In this document: piece after piece, positions 1 through 9,516 of the stretch
How the letters are laid out: every line of letters begins with the position of its first letter
Position numbering within the stretch: the stretch's first letter is position 1
Assembly (NCBI GenBank): GCA_963749565.1
Contig: CAVVNL010000022.1
Span: forward strand, 44,782 to 108,781
Origin: an uncultured Acidobacteriota bacterium
GTDB taxonomy: Bacteria > Acidobacteriota > Vicinamibacteria > Vicinamibacterales > CAVVIG01
Direction of reading: 5' to 3'
DNA: 64,000 bases
Program-made: the position numbers and the translations under genes
Notes under the pieces: model-generated
Databases searched by the model: none
Seen by the model: only the letters and a program-made list of their open reading frames with translations
What the model was told of the DNA's origin: nothing

Positions 1-161
1 TTGAGTTTCTCGACGACCCCGTCGGACAGGAGCGTGAAGCCGAACCGGGGGCCGGAAAGGTTCGCCGTCGCGGCAACTGGGGGAAGAGTCTGGCCGAGGG
101 CCGGCGCAACGGTGCCAAGGCCAAGGAGCAGGAGAGCCGCAGACAGAACATGGTGTCGCAT
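1..161 (-). CDS. partial CDS (5' end only): secreted protein with N-terminal signal peptide; continues past the left edge
   Basis: ATG at 161-159 with GGAGGA 5 nt upstream. Translates MRHHVLSAALLLLGLGTVAPALGQTLPP... (charged n-region, hydrophobic core). Too short to appear in the ORF track. Confidence 0.4.
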   Translation of the reverse strand, partial: MRHHVLSAALLLLGLGTVAPALGQTLPPVAATANLSGPRFGFTLLSDGVVEKL

Positions 162-289
162 CGTGTCCTCCGGGGAATGGGCCGCCGTCGCACGGCAGCC
201 GAGGCGAGTGATTTCGCCTGTTCACCCGGTATCGTGACCGCTGCCCGGGAGGATGTCCTTTTGGATGTCCTGAAAAGTCCTGATTGTTG

Positions 290-1728
290 TCAGGCGGCGC
301 GGTTCCGGAGGCGAGCGAGCGGCCCGACCCAGATGGCGGCGTGTGCACCCACGTGCAGCAGTGGCTCGATCGGAAGCAGCCATCCGGCGCTGCCGGGATC
401 GGCGCCGGCCATCGCCTCGTCGACTAGGCGCGCTGCATCGGCGTGGGCGCCGGCAACCGCGAGCTGCGCACCCTTGATGATGGCCGCTTCGATGGAAGCC
501 GGACGATCGCCAGGTCGTTCGCTGACGGTCTCGCCGGCAGGAACGAGGCTTCCATCCGCACTGGCGGCGGCCATGCCGATGCGCGCCAGCGGATGCGTGG
601 CGACCCGTTCGATCGCCAGTCCGAAAGCGGTTCGTGCGTCGGCGGTCCGACCCTGGCGGAGGCGAAGCGCTCCGACCGCATACCAGGTGTTGGCGCAGCA
701 CTCCCGCGCGTACAGATGGCCGCGTGTCTCGGCGCCAAGCTCTTCCTCGAATTCTTCGAGCGCGCGGCTTTCGTCGCCCCGTTCGAGGAGAATCAGGCCG
801 CGCAGCCAGTGCAGGGCGACGGGGTGGAACTTCACCTGCCGGCCCTGCGACGCGAGTGCGGCCGTCAGCTCGCGTTCGGCTTCGGGCAGAACCTGACGGG
901 CCACGTGCACGGTCGCGGCCAGCCAGTGTGCCAGCGGAAAATCAGGAAGCAGGGCGAGCGTTCGCTGCGCCGCACGCAGCCGCTCTTCACCCCAGCCGGC
1001 GCAGGCGAGGCGGAAGTGGTGGCGCCAGTTGTCTGGCTCGAGGGCGACGGCGCGCTTGGCGGCCGCCAGCGCGTCCACCCGCCCGCGCGTCCGGTCGAGC
1101 ACGAATCCCAGCGTGGCCCACGCTTCGCCGGACTGCGGATCGAGCCGGCACGCCTCACGTGCGTGCCGGACGGCCACGGCCAGGGCGGCGGTGTCGGGGA
1201 CGGGATCGGCGCGCGTCATCTCGAACTGCATCACGCAGGCGTTCGCCAGGCCGATATGCGCGGATGCATGCTCCGGAACGCTGGCCAGCGCGCCCTCGAA
1301 GACGCATCGAGCCCTCGAGATCTCGGTCGCCCTCCAGGCTTTCGAGCGCCGCCCGCCCCTCGATGAACGCGCGATGCGGTGCGAGCAGCGCGTCCAGGCC
1401 GGCGTCGCTTTCGCGCGAGGCCCTTTGCTCCACGACCCTGCCGAAGCGATAGCCGCGGCGGGATACTGTTTCGATATGACCGCGGGCCAAGGAGCCGCCG
1501 CAAGCTCCCGATCGCCTGCTCCACACTGTTGTCGCCGACGGCGACGTCCTTCCAGCCGGCTTCGAGCAGGTCGCCCTTCGCGACGATTTTGCCGGCCCGC
1601 GCGACGAGCAGCATCAGAATGTCGAGCTGCCGATCGGAGATCGCCACCGGTTCGCCCGAAGCGGTCAGGCGACGCCGGGCCGGATCGAGCTCGAACGGAT
1701 CGAAGACGAAGCGCGCGCCGGTCGGCAC
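290..1728 (-). CDS. winged-helix (OmpR/PhoB-type, CadC-like) DNA-binding domain plus TPR-repeat regulator; frame broken about 1480 and about 1320
   Basis: ORF 1231..1728 begins FVFDPFELDPARRRLTASGEPVAISDRQLDILMLLVARAGKIVAKGDLLEAGW. The domain ends in another frame (ORF 1155..1526) with HIETVSRRGYRF. TPR-like repeats follow in ORF 290..1234 (GEAWATLGFVLDRTRGRVDALAAAKRAVALEPDNW). Confidence 0.7.
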
Positions 1729-1765
1729 GGGCAGATTGTATCGAGTTCCACAGTCGCCGATGAGG

Positions 1766-2635
1766 TTACTGGACGGCGGGATCCGTCAGCCGCTTGACCA
1801 CCTCGGGCGAGACCCGCATGATGTGCCGCCACGCTTCCTGCTGTCTCTCGATCAGCTGGCGCGACACTTCATGGCCGTCCTCCAGAACGAGGGCGAGCTC
1901 CACGCGTTCCAACTCCCGGCAGCTGCCCTCGTTGGAGGTGACGCTCCGGACACCGGTGACCGATTTCTGGGTACGGTTCCACCGGCGTACGGTGCCGCTG
2001 CAGCCGAATTGAAGCGGCTTGGTGACGATCTCTTCATCGTTCCACCGCTCGATCTCGTAAGTATGCAGCTCGATCGTCAGGGTGCGGCGGAATCCCGTGC
2101 CGGATATGAGCGCGGTGGCCTCCCGGCACACGGCCTGCGCCCGCTCACACGTGATGTTCGAGGTTTGTTCCGGCCAGGCCATCGCTTCGCCGACCACCGT
2201 CCAGGTGCCGTCGGCCGAGACGTCGCCGCGGTCCCATCGCTCCGTGAACACCCGCTTCGGCCGAAGCCTGATCGGTGACGCGTTCACGAGCTCCTCGTCG
2301 GCTCGGACCGCCTGAACAGTGTCGAATGAAAATGGATTGCCCGTCTGGGGAACGTTGCGATCGCTCTGGTAACGCCGCACGGCCCTGCGCGTTCGATCGT
2401 CGAGCACGCCGTCGAAAGGCCCGACATCGTAGCCGAGCCTTCCGAGCAGCATCTCCGTGAGCAGCGTGAAGCCGTCCAGCACGGCCTCGTACAGCTTCGG
2501 ATTGACGCGCTTCAGTCTGTCGGCTTCTTCGACGAAAGCAGCGCGGTCGTCGGCCCGGGTCTGTGCCATGGCGGCTCCAGTCGAGCCAACCACGCCGCAC
2601 AGAACGAGGCCCGCCATCCAGTGACGCGATCTCAC
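1766..2635 (-). CDS. secreted protein with peptidoglycan-binding (PG_binding_1-like) domain
   Basis: Signal peptide MRSRHWMAGLVLCGVVGSTGAAMAQ. PG-binding-like segment LGYDVGPFDGVLDDRTRRAVRRYQSDRNVPQTG. 4-nt ATGA overlap with the upstream cytochrome gene. Confidence 0.65.
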   Translation of the reverse strand: MRSRHWMAGLVLCGVVGSTGAAMAQTRADDRAAFVEEADRLKRVNPKLYEAVLDGFTLLTEMLLGRLGYDVGPFDGVLDDRTRRAVRRYQSDRNVPQTGNPFSFDTVQAVRADEELVNASPIRLRPKRVFTERWDRGDVSADGTWTVVGEAMAWPEQTSNITCERAQAVCREATALISGTGFRRTLTIELHTYEIERWNDEEIVTKPLQFGCSGTVRRWNRTQKSVTGVRSVTSNEGSCRELERVELALVLEDGHEVSRQLIERQQEAWRHIMRVSPEVVKRLTDPAVQ

Positions 2636-3597
2636 GGGGTCGGCGGCAGGGACCCGAGATATGCCGCGATCGCGACGATATCTTCGTCGGTCAGCTGCGC
2701 CACGGGGCCCTTCATCAGCTGCGCGTTCGCGCCGTTTCGCTCGCCGTTCTGGAACAGATAGAGCTGGCGCGCGATGTAGATGGGATGGACACCGGCGAGC
2801 CTGGGGACGTCGGCGGCGCCGTGAAGCGAGTCGCCGTGGCAGATCGCGCAGGCGAGAGTCTTCCCGCCGCCGCCCGTCGTGACGAGATCCTGGCCCTTCT
2901 TGATGCTGCCAGGCGGCACGTATGCGATGAACCCGGACTTCGGATCCCGGTTTCTCGCCCGCGCCGGGTCCTGCGGAAGGGTGATGATGCGCGTGCCGAT
3001 CGCCTCTGTGCTTCCCTCCGGGTGCGGATAGCGCATGCGGCCCGGTCCGATGTACGTCTTCGGGACGGTTTCGGCTTCAATCACCTTATTCCAGACCGCC
3101 GGCTTGCGAGCCGCGAACCATTCGGCCGCCTGCTTGATCTCGTCGTCAGTCATCGCCGCCGCGATCCCGTTCATGCGGGACATGTCTTTCCGGCTTTCGT
3201 TCTTGAAGTCCCCCATCTGGCGCGTGAGGTACGCGACCGGCAGCCCCGCCAGGTCGGCCGATTCGGGATGGCCGAGGCCGGACATGAGGTGGCATGCGCC
3301 GCAGGCGAGCACGGCCCCGCGCCCGCGCAGCACGATATCGGGCTTCGGGGCATTCTCCTCAGGGAACCAGTCTGGCGGCGCCGACAGGTTCTCGATGTCT
3401 GCGTGCGTATACGTCTTGGTGCTGCCGGGGATGCGAATGGGTTCCGGCTCTGGCGTCGTCGGTGGCTGCACAGGGTCGATGACCTGAAACGCCCAGCTGG
3501 GATCCCGCCTCTTTCCAAGCTGCGCCTCGACGGCGATCGACAGGACCAGCAGGCAAGCCGCAGCAACGATCATCGGGACCCAGGCACGCTTCCTCAT
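2632..3597 (-). CDS. membrane-anchored dihaem c-type cytochrome
   Basis: N-terminal TM/signal anchor MRKRAWVPMIVAAACLLVLSIAV. Two CxxCH haem motifs (CGACH, CAICH) about 150 aa apart. Confidence 0.8.
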   Translation of the reverse strand: MRKRAWVPMIVAAACLLVLSIAVEAQLGKRRDPSWAFQVIDPVQPPTTPEPEPIRIPGSTKTYTHADIENLSAPPDWFPEENAPKPDIVLRGRGAVLACGACHLMSGLGHPESADLAGLPVAYLTRQMGDFKNESRKDMSRMNGIAAAMTDDEIKQAAEWFAARKPAVWNKVIEAETVPKTYIGPGRMRYPHPEGSTEAIGTRIITLPQDPARARNRDPKSGFIAYVPPGSIKKGQDLVTTGGGGKTLACAICHGDSLHGAADVPRLAGVHPIYIARQLYLFQNGERNGANAQLMKGPVAQLTDEDIVAIAAYLGSLPPTP

Positions 3598-3663
3598 TCA
3601 CACCTCCTTCGGGACTCTCGCGAACTAGTATTAGGCAGGGCATTCAATCTTGCAAATCACGTC

Positions 3664-5301
3664 ATGATTTCGCTGACCCGCATCAGCAAGCAGTACGGCC
3701 GCCAGATTCTGTTCGTCGACGCCTCTTTTCAGCTGAATCCCGGCGAAAAAGTCGGCCTGGTCGGCCCGAACGGCTCAGGTAAAACTACTGTCTTCCGGAT
3801 GATCACCGGTGAAGAAGTGCCCGACGAGGGCGAGGTCTCGGTCCCGAGGAAGTTGAGCGTGGGCTACTTCCGCCAGGACGTGGAAGAGATGTCCGGACGT
3901 TCGGTTCTCGACGAGGTCACTGCGGGCAGCGGGCGCGTCGGCGATCTGCATCACGAGCTCGAGCAGCTCAACCATGCGATGGCCGACCCCGGCCGCGCCG
4001 CCGACATGGATACGATCCTCGCGCGGTTCGGCGAAGTGCAGGAGGAGTACGAGCACCTCGGCGGCTACGCTCTCGAAGCCCGGGCCCGCGAGGTGCTTCA
4101 CGGCCTCGGCTTCGAGGACGAGCGCATCGACGGCGATGTCGGCGCGCTCTCCGGCGGGTGGAAGATGCGCGCGGCCATGGCCCGCGTGCTGCTCGGCCAG
4201 CCCGACGTCCTGTTGATGGACGAACCGACGAACCATCTCGACATCGAGTCGATCATCTGGCTCGAAGGCTTCCTGAAGTCGCGTCCGGGCGCGCTGCTGA
4301 TGACATCGCACGATCGGGAATTCATGAACCGTGTCGTGACCCGGGTGGCCGAGATCGACGGCGGCGAGGTCACGATGTACTCGGGAAACTACGACTTCTA
4401 CGAGCGCGAGCGCGCCATCCGCGAGACCAACCGCGAAGCCGCCTACGCCCGGCAGCAGGCCATGCTGGCCAAGGAACAACGGTTCATCGATCGCTTCGCG
4501 GCCCATGCGGCCAAGGCGGCGCAGGTGCAGAGCCGCGTGAAGGCGCTGGAGAAGATCGAGAAGATCGAGCTGCCGAAGAAACGTCAGGTCGTGAGGTTCG
4601 ATTTCCGGGCGCCGCCGCGCTCGGGCGAGCAGGTGGCGGTGCTCGAGGGCCTCAGCAAGGCCTACGGCCGCCGCGTCGTGCACGATGGGCTGAACATGAC
4701 GATCCGCCGCGGCGAGCGGTGGTGCGTGATGGGAAAGAACGGCGCCGGCAAATCCACGCTGCTGAAGATGGTCGCCGGGCACGTGGCGCCGGATGGCGGC
4801 CACGTCCGGCTGGGGGCGAGCCTCAAGATGGGCTACTTCGCGCAGCAATCGCTGGATCTGCTCGATCCGGACCTGACCGTCGAGGAACAGCTCCGCGAGG
4901 ACTTTCCCCACGAGTCGATCGGCGCGCTGCGGAATCTGGCCGGCGCCTTTCAGTTCTCGGGCGACGAGGTCGGCAAGAAGATCCGCGCGCTGTCGGGCGG
5001 CGAGAAGACACGCCTCGTGCTCGCGCGCATGCTGCTCGTTCCGCCCAACTTCCTCGTGCTCGACGAGCCGACCAACCATCTGGACCTCGAAACGAAGGAC
5101 ATGCTGCTCGACTCGCTCAAGGACTTCGACGGCACCATGTTGTTCGTCTCGCACGACCGCGCGTTCCTGCGCGGGCTCAGCAACCGCGTCCTCGAGCTCG
5201 GCGGAGAGACCGGCACCGAGGCCCAGCCCCATCTCTATCCCGGCTCGTACATCGAGTACGTCGCCCGCACCGGCCACGAAGCGCCCGGCGTTCACAGCTA
5301 G
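3664..5301 (+). CDS. ABC-F family ATPase (two ABC cassettes, no membrane domain)
   Basis: True start is the ATG at 3664 (MISLTRISKQYG) inside long ORF 2563..5301. Walker A motifs GPNGSGKTT and GKNGAGKST, signatures LSGGWKMR and LSGGEKTR, Walker B LLMDEPTNHLD and LVLDEPTNHLD. Confidence 0.9.
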   Translation: MISLTRISKQYGRQILFVDASFQLNPGEKVGLVGPNGSGKTTVFRMITGEEVPDEGEVSVPRKLSVGYFRQDVEEMSGRSVLDEVTAGSGRVGDLHHELEQLNHAMADPGRAADMDTILARFGEVQEEYEHLGGYALEARAREVLHGLGFEDERIDGDVGALSGGWKMRAAMARVLLGQPDVLLMDEPTNHLDIESIIWLEGFLKSRPGALLMTSHDREFMNRVVTRVAEIDGGEVTMYSGNYDFYERERAIRETNREAAYARQQAMLAKEQRFIDRFAAHAAKAAQVQSRVKALEKIEKIELPKKRQVVRFDFRAPPRSGEQVAVLEGLSKAYGRRVVHDGLNMTIRRGERWCVMGKNGAGKSTLLKMVAGHVAPDGGHVRLGASLKMGYFAQQSLDLLDPDLTVEEQLREDFPHESIGALRNLAGAFQFSGDEVGKKIRALSGGEKTRLVLARMLLVPPNFLVLDEPTNHLDLETKDMLLDSLKDFDGTMLFVSHDRAFLRGLSNRVLELGGETGTEAQPHLYPGSYIEYVARTGHEAPGVHS

Positions 5302-5306
5302 AACAA

Positions 5307-5433
5307 ATCCGGCTGAAGCCGGATCCCACGTCCAGCGAGCGCAAGAGCACAGCGGCAAGCCCGGCGGTTCTCGTTGGTGCGCTCGTTGCTTCAGTAATTG
5401 TCGCGGTACGTGGGGTCCGCCTTCAGGCGGACC
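5307..5433. repeat. two inverted REP-like hairpins (family A) flanking a short internal palindrome
   Basis: 5307-5331 is ATCCGGCTGAAGCCGGATCCCACGT. 5406-5433 is GTACGTGGGGTCCGCCTTCAGGCGGACC. They share the motif in opposite orientation, and the stems differ by compensatory changes. Confidence 0.6.
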
Positions 5434-5474
5434 AAGGCCGGCGGACGCTGACCCCACTGACCTGAGGAGGACAA

Positions 5475-5915
5475 ATGACGAAGCTTGCGAAGGATGTGAT
5501 GACCCCGGACCCGGCGTGCTGCTCGCCCGGCACGACACTCGATGAGGTCGCGAAGCTCATGGCCCGGAATGATTGCGGAGAGATTCCGGTCATCGACACG
5601 AAGGATCAGATCGTCGGGGTCGTGACCGATCGCGACATCGTCTGTCGCGTGGTGGCGGAAGGCAAGAACCCCGGAGCGTATACGGCGGAAACCTGCATGT
5701 CGGGTCCGGTCGTCACGGTACGCACCGACGCCTCCATCGACGAGGTCGTGGCGACGATGGAGAGGCATCAGATCAGGCGGGTCCCCGTGGTGGACGAGCA
5801 CGAGTCCTGCGTCGGAATCATCTCGCAGGCGGACGTCTCCTGGGCGCACGCTCCTAGCGAGGTCGGCGAGTTGGTGCGCGAGGTGTCCCGGGATACCGGT
5901 CGAGAGTCCAGATAG
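5475..5915 (+). CDS. CBS-pair domain protein
   Basis: Two CBS repeats: VMTPDPACCSPGTTLDEVAKLMARNDCGEIPVID...VGVVTDRDI and PVVTVRTDASIDEVVATMERHQIRRVPVVD...VGIISQADV. Confidence 0.85.
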   Translation: MTKLAKDVMTPDPACCSPGTTLDEVAKLMARNDCGEIPVIDTKDQIVGVVTDRDIVCRVVAEGKNPGAYTAETCMSGPVVTVRTDASIDEVVATMERHQIRRVPVVDEHESCVGIISQADVSWAHAPSEVGELVREVSRDTGRESR

Positions 5916-5961
5916 GTAACTGAACAGTGGTGTCAGCGGGCGGACGTTCTTACTGACCAGT

Positions 5962-6543
5962 ATGGCTTCACCGGAACCCCCGGCGTGTCCCTACTGCCGC
6001 CGCCCGCTGCAGTACGTCGCGGATCAATGGTTCGGGCAGAGCGTGTTCGAATGCGAGCAGTGCGGAGACTTTCCTGATTTCGGCAGCTCACTCGCGTCCG
6101 CGCCCCCGGCTGCGGGCGCCGATCCCGAACCTGTTCCACCCCGGAACGCCGGCCGCCCGCGGGTGTTGCTGGTCGTCGAAGCCGACGAGCAACGGAACCT
6201 CTACGCCGAGATGCTCAGCCCCGGCGCGGCCGTAAGCACCGCGGCGCGCGGGGACCACGCCCTTTCGCTCGCCAGCGCCGATCCTCCGGAGGTGATCATC
6301 CTCGACGTGATGATGGCCGGGATGGATAGCTGGGATACCTGCGAGCGCCTGAAGGCCGACCCGGCCACGAAACACATTCCGATTATCATGCTGACCTCGC
6401 TCGACGCCGTGGACGTGCCGGCCCGGGCACGCGAGGCGGGCGTCGTCGCCGTCCTCATGAAGCCGTGCCCGGCGGAGCGGCTCGTCCTGGCAATCGCCGC
6501 GGCGCGCCAGCCGGTCGGGGACAGGGGCCGCGAGAGCGCGTAA
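5962..6543 (+). CDS. stand-alone response-regulator receiver domain with N-terminal zinc-ribbon
   Basis: CPYCRRPL...CEQCG (4-Cys ribbon), then a REC fold: VLLVVEADEQ, VIILDVMMAGMDSW (phospho-acceptor Asp), IIMLTS, LMKP. No output domain. Confidence 0.75.
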   Translation: MASPEPPACPYCRRPLQYVADQWFGQSVFECEQCGDFPDFGSSLASAPPAAGADPEPVPPRNAGRPRVLLVVEADEQRNLYAEMLSPGAAVSTAARGDHALSLASADPPEVIILDVMMAGMDSWDTCERLKADPATKHIPIIMLTSLDAVDVPARAREAGVVAVLMKPCPAERLVLAIAAARQPVGDRGRESA

Positions 6544-6596
6544 GCGCCGCCCGTACTCCGCCCGATGTTCTGCCATACTTTCCCTGGAGCTCGTGC

Positions 6597-7322
6597 ATGA
6601 ATTGGTTGACCGACCCGGAAATCTGGGTAGCCCTCGTTACACTGACTTCGCTCGAGGTCGTCCTCGGCATCGACAACATCATCTTTATTTCGATTCTGGC
6701 CGGTAAGCTGCCAGCGGAGCAGCAGAAGCGGGCACGTACCATGGGCCTTGCGGTCGCGATGCTCTCCCGAATCGCTCTGCTGTTCTCGCTGGCCTGGGTG
6801 ATGCGCCTGACCGCGCCGTGGTTTACGATCCTGGGTCGCGAGATCTCCGGCCGCGATCTGATTCTCATCGTCGGCGGCCTTTTCCTGATTGGCAAGAGCA
6901 CGCATGAGATTCACGACAAGGTGGAGGGCCACGAGGAACAGGGCACGACGCGGGCCGCGACGTCATTTGCCTCGGTAATCGCCCAGATTCTCGTTCTCGA
7001 CATCGTATTCTCGCTCGATTCGGTCATCACGGCCATCGGCATGGCCGAACAGATCGCCGTCATGGTGGCGGCGGTCATGATTGCGGTCGGCTTCATGATG
7101 GTCTTTGCCGGAGCGGTCAGCGATTTCGTGCATCGCCACCCGACGGTGAAGATGCTGGCCCTCAGTTTCCTGCTGATGATCGGCCTGTCGCTCGTCGCGG
7201 AAGGGTTCGATCAGCACATCCCGAAGGGGTACATCTACTTCGCGATGGCCTTCTCTGTGTTCGTGGAGATGTTGAATCTGAGGATCGTCCACCGTCCGAA
7301 GCCGATGGCCAAGGAGCCGTGA
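6597..7322 (+). CDS. TerC family integral membrane protein
   Basis: ATG at 6597. MNWLTDPEIWVALVTLTSLEVVLGIDNIIFISIL and a second LVLDIVFSLDSVITAIGM repeat, both typical of TerC/YkoY proteins. Confidence 0.85.
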   Translation: MNWLTDPEIWVALVTLTSLEVVLGIDNIIFISILAGKLPAEQQKRARTMGLAVAMLSRIALLFSLAWVMRLTAPWFTILGREISGRDLILIVGGLFLIGKSTHEIHDKVEGHEEQGTTRAATSFASVIAQILVLDIVFSLDSVITAIGMAEQIAVMVAAVMIAVGFMMVFAGAVSDFVHRHPTVKMLALSFLLMIGLSLVAEGFDQHIPKGYIYFAMAFSVFVEMLNLRIVHRPKPMAKEP

Positions 7323-7405
7323 TGAAATACCTCGCCTTTGCCTCAATCCTGTTCGTTCTGGTGCCAGCGCCGGCCTGGCATTGTCGTTCTGATACCGTTG
7401 TTTAG
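7322..7405 (+). CDS. possible 27-aa hydrophobic micro-ORF wedged between terC and otsB
   Basis: MKYLAFASILFVLVPAPAWHCRSDTVV. Its ATG overlaps the terC stop (TGATG) and its TAG abuts the ATG at 7406. No homology evidence. Confidence 0.25.
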   Translation: MKYLAFASILFVLVPAPAWHCRSDTVV

Positions 7406-8224
7406 ATGAGGAGTCGGCGTTCGCAGAGATTAGCCACGTCGCCGGTTGACGGCAGCACGCACTTGCCGAACATCATGGCGAAACGCCATATCGGAACACT
7501 CGAGGAGTTCACGCACTCGAACGTGCTGCTGGCGTTCGATTTCGACGGTACCCTCGCGCCGATCGTACGCGACCCCGCCCGGGCGCGCATGCGGCCGCAA
7601 ACCAGGCGCCTGCTCGGCGCCGTGGCGCGCCGCTACCCGTGTGTCGTGATTTCCGGCCGTGCGCGGCAGGATGTTCTGAAACGAGTCGGCAGCGTCCCCG
7701 TGCGGCAGGTATCCGGGAATCACGGGCTCGAGCCATGGGGGGAGAACGCCGCCTATCCCGGCAGGGTGCAGCGTTGGGTTCGCGGTCTGAGGCGCGACCT
7801 TGCCGCCCATGCAGGTGTCGTCGTCGAAGACAAGACGTATTCGGTGACGGTGCACTATCGCCAGGCGCGGCACAGGCGAGCGGCTGTTGCGGCGATTAAC
7901 GAGGCGACGAACAAGCTGCGCGACGCGCGGCTGCTCGGCGGGAAGGATGCTGTCAGCCTCATTCCGCGCGGCGCGCCGGACAAGGGTGTGGCGCTCGAGC
8001 GTGCGCGGCGTCTGATGGTGTGCGACACCGCCATTTACGTGGGCGACGATCAAACCGACGAGGACGCGTTCAGGGCGAGACGCCCGGCGAGCCTTCTGGG
8101 TATCCGGGTCGGCCTGCGCGGGAAGTCGGCGGCCCGTTACGGTCTGAGAACACAGGAAGAGATGGACGATTTCCTGCAGGCGCTGCTGGACCTGCGGCCA
8201 CTCGGCAGCGAGGGTAGTCTTTGA
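7406..8224 (+). CDS. otsB: trehalose-6-phosphate phosphatase (HAD-IIB)
   Basis: LLAFDFDGTLAPIV (motif I), VISGR, GAPDKG, YVGDDQTDEDAF (motif IV). Alternative start is the ATG at 7475 (MAKRH). Confidence 0.85.
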   Translation: MRSRRSQRLATSPVDGSTHLPNIMAKRHIGTLEEFTHSNVLLAFDFDGTLAPIVRDPARARMRPQTRRLLGAVARRYPCVVISGRARQDVLKRVGSVPVRQVSGNHGLEPWGENAAYPGRVQRWVRGLRRDLAAHAGVVVEDKTYSVTVHYRQARHRRAAVAAINEATNKLRDARLLGGKDAVSLIPRGAPDKGVALERARRLMVCDTAIYVGDDQTDEDAFRARRPASLLGIRVGLRGKSAARYGLRTQEEMDDFLQALLDLRPLGSEGSL

Positions 8225-9514
8225 TGGAGCGCAGCCGTCCTTCTGTATCGCGTGATACGCGCCTGCTCTTCGCGGTCATTCTCATCTCGGTAGCCACGCT
8301 CTGGGTGCTGGCACGGATCCGTTTTCCAGACCGCCCCCAGGTACCAGGCCTCGTCCCTCCGGTTCTCGCGCAGCTGGCGCCGCCGTCCGCCTTCGACGAC
8401 ATAGCCGCTTCGGTGGCCCGGCTCGAGCCGCGGCTTCAGGGGGCAATGGTCCCCCTCGAGGTTCGCCGGCAAGCCGGGCGCACTTCTGAGGCGGCGAGCC
8501 AGGTGCTGCCAGCACTGCGGTTCCGCGACGGCCTCGCGGTGGTGCTGTTGACTCCGGCATCCGGCCTCGAGGTAACCCCGATGAGCGGCGAGGAAGTAGC
8601 GCGCGACCCGGTTTCACATCTGGCGGTCATCAGAGTCCCGGAGGGTGCCGCGCCAGTGCTGTCGTTCTGGTCGCCCCGGCGGTTCGACTATCCCCGCTTC
8701 CTGCTGGCAGCCGATGTAACTCGCGAACGTACATCACTTCGGCCGGTATTCGTGGGCTCGCTCAGTCCTTTGTCGAGCCCCACCTGGTCGGGACACGATC
8801 TGGGCGCTGCCGGGATCGACCGGCGCGTCTGCAGGCACGTTCGTGTTCACCATTGACGGCGAGGTCGCCGGCCTGGTTGTGGAGCGTGACGGCCGCCACG
8901 CGATCGTACCGGCGGCAACAGTCGTGGCCGTCGCCGATCGCCTGGCGCGGGAGGAGCCCGGGCGCCCCGGGCACCTGGGCATTCAGGCGCAGGCGCTCAC
9001 GCCCGGCCTGGCTGCGGCCACCGGTGCAAGCCTGGGCGTGATCGTCACCTGGGTCGACCCCAACGGTCCGGCAGCGAAGCGCATCGAAGTGACCGACGTC
9101 ATCGAGGGTGTGGGCAGCGAGGCGCTGACGACCCTGGAACACTGGGAGGCGCGCCAGTCGCGGCTCGTCGAAGGCGAAGCGGTCGTGCTCGGGGTCCGGC
9201 GGGGCGGCAAGGTTCGCGACGTGCCGCTCACTGCGGCGTCTGCGCCGGCGCCGGTTGGCCGTTCATCGCTCGGCCTCACGCTGCGGGCGATTCGCCGGGT
9301 CGGCGTGGAGGTTGTCCGCGTCGAGCCCGGCTCGGCGGCGTTCCGCGCAGGGCTCGAGGCTGGAGACGTCATCACACGCTTTGGCGGGGTGAACGCGCCC
9401 TCGGCGGCACAGGTGTCCCGCATGTTCGCCGCGACAGCAGGCGACATGCCAGTGCTGGCGGTCATCACACGGCGCGATGCGCATCTCGTTGTGGCACTGG
9501 AGAAATCGCGCTGA
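8224..9514 (+). CDS. membrane-anchored HtrA-like protein with degenerate trypsin-like region and two PDZ domains; frame break about 8798
   Basis: N-terminal TM LLFAVILISVATLWVL. The region WALPGSTGASAGTFVFTIDGEVAGLVV lacks a GDSGG serine motif. PDZ-like segments GVIVTWVDPNGPAAKRIEVTDVI and GVEVVRVEPGSAAFRAGLEAGDVI. ORFs 8221..8856 and 8843..9514 join by a 1-nt shift. Confidence 0.65.
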
Positions 9515-9516
9515 AG

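Noticed and set aside
2563-3663. Upstream extension of the ABC-F ORF
   Set aside because: It overlaps the cytochrome c gene on the opposite strand and is Arg-rich junk. The ABC-F N-terminus (MISLTRISKQYG) starts at 3664.
3775-5538. 587-aa ORF on the minus strand
   Set aside because: It is antisense to the well-supported ABC-F gene. The composition is Arg/Ala/Gly/Pro-rich with no motifs, which is a typical high-GC shadow ORF.
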